NCBI RefSeq assembly: GCF_964355755.1
Contig: NC_092679.1
Coordinates: 18,459,432-18,523,431, forward strand
Source of the DNA: Antedon mediterranea
Taxonomy: Eukaryota; Animalia; Echinodermata
DNA length: 64,000 bases
Reading direction: 5' to 3'
Shown here: in pieces, positions 63,252 to 64,000 of the stretch
How the letters are laid out: every line of letters starts with the position of its first letter
How positions within the stretch are numbered: the first letter of the stretch is position 1
The notes under the pieces: generated by a model
Databases searched by the model: none
Seen by the model: only the letters and a program-made list of their open reading frames with translations
What the model was told of the DNA's origin: nothing
Translations under genes and position numbers: made by a program

Positions 63252-64000
63252 CTGAAACAAATAAACAATAAAAATATTATTTATATCAATTGAAACTAGC
63301 GACCGTTTCTCTTTAGAAAGGTTCCTCAAACTGTTTAAGCCTGACTGACAGGTTCCCAGACAAACTGAATTAGGCTAGGTAATCTATCATTTTGTGTGAA
63401 ACTATTGCAAACAGACATTTTTATTTTTTAAATAGTCACATATAAAATTTGAGCATCACACCTCTGTCACTCATCTCAATGATATGCAAATTAGCTTAAA
63501 TATGCAAATTAGGGTGAATCTACAGGATTACTATATCTCAAAAACTACTAGTCAGAGAGAAGTACAACATTTGACTCTTGAACCCATTTCTCAATGTTTG
63601 CATACACAATGTGACTAAAATGTCCCTAGAGACTTTGTTTTGCCCTCAAATGATTTAGATACAGGTTTCAAATAGCCAGCGTATGACTGCTTTGTAATTC
63701 CCAAAATCACACCTAATTTTGGTTAAAATAATTTCATCAAAGGAAAAATTAAATAACAATACAAATTTTCCAATTTAATCTCTTCCCGAGGATTAGTTTC
63801 CAGAAATTTATCAAATTGCTATAATTTTTATGTGTTGTTTTCTGTTAAATCAATTGTTTTGAATATAATACTTGCTTCCTTGTTTCCTTTTGAAAATTAT
63901 GAAAAATATTTCCTTATATGGTCATCTACTTTTAGACAACATCAAAATTATTTTTAAAATAAGCATTGAGATAACTACTTATTAATTTATAATTTTAAAT

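Noticed and set aside
63470-63560. Paired ATGCAAAT octamer motifs as an enhancer
   Set aside because: The surrounding sequence looks like a repetitive-element interior; no independent support

Overview
AT-rich eukaryotic (animal) genomic DNA, not prokaryotic. The gene set and frequent TAGGCCTA motif suggest an invertebrate deuterostome, possibly an echinoderm (inference). Three spliced genes were reconstructed exon by exon with GT-AG boundaries and consistent phases: an RGS7/RGS6-type R7 RGS gene (minus, about 5.9-36.3 kb; DEP-DHEX-GGL-RGS), OTUB1-like otubain (plus, 45083-48098, 277 aa) and the 3' part of TMEM62 (minus, 50770-63251, continuing past the window). An uninterrupted 408-aa Ig-domain type-I membrane receptor ORF is nested on the same strand in a TMEM62 intron. 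It is bracketed by 84-bp direct repeats and interrupts a 56-bp satellite. The introns hold an intact CR1/L2-group LINE with a 2A/StopGo motif and a 7-bp TSD, Penelope-like remnants with hammerhead ribozyme cores, tRNA-derived SINEs, several MITE families and many tandem repeats. Several of these repeats start at exon boundaries, including one that multiplies a TMEM62 splice acceptor. All calls were made by eye; no database searches were run.
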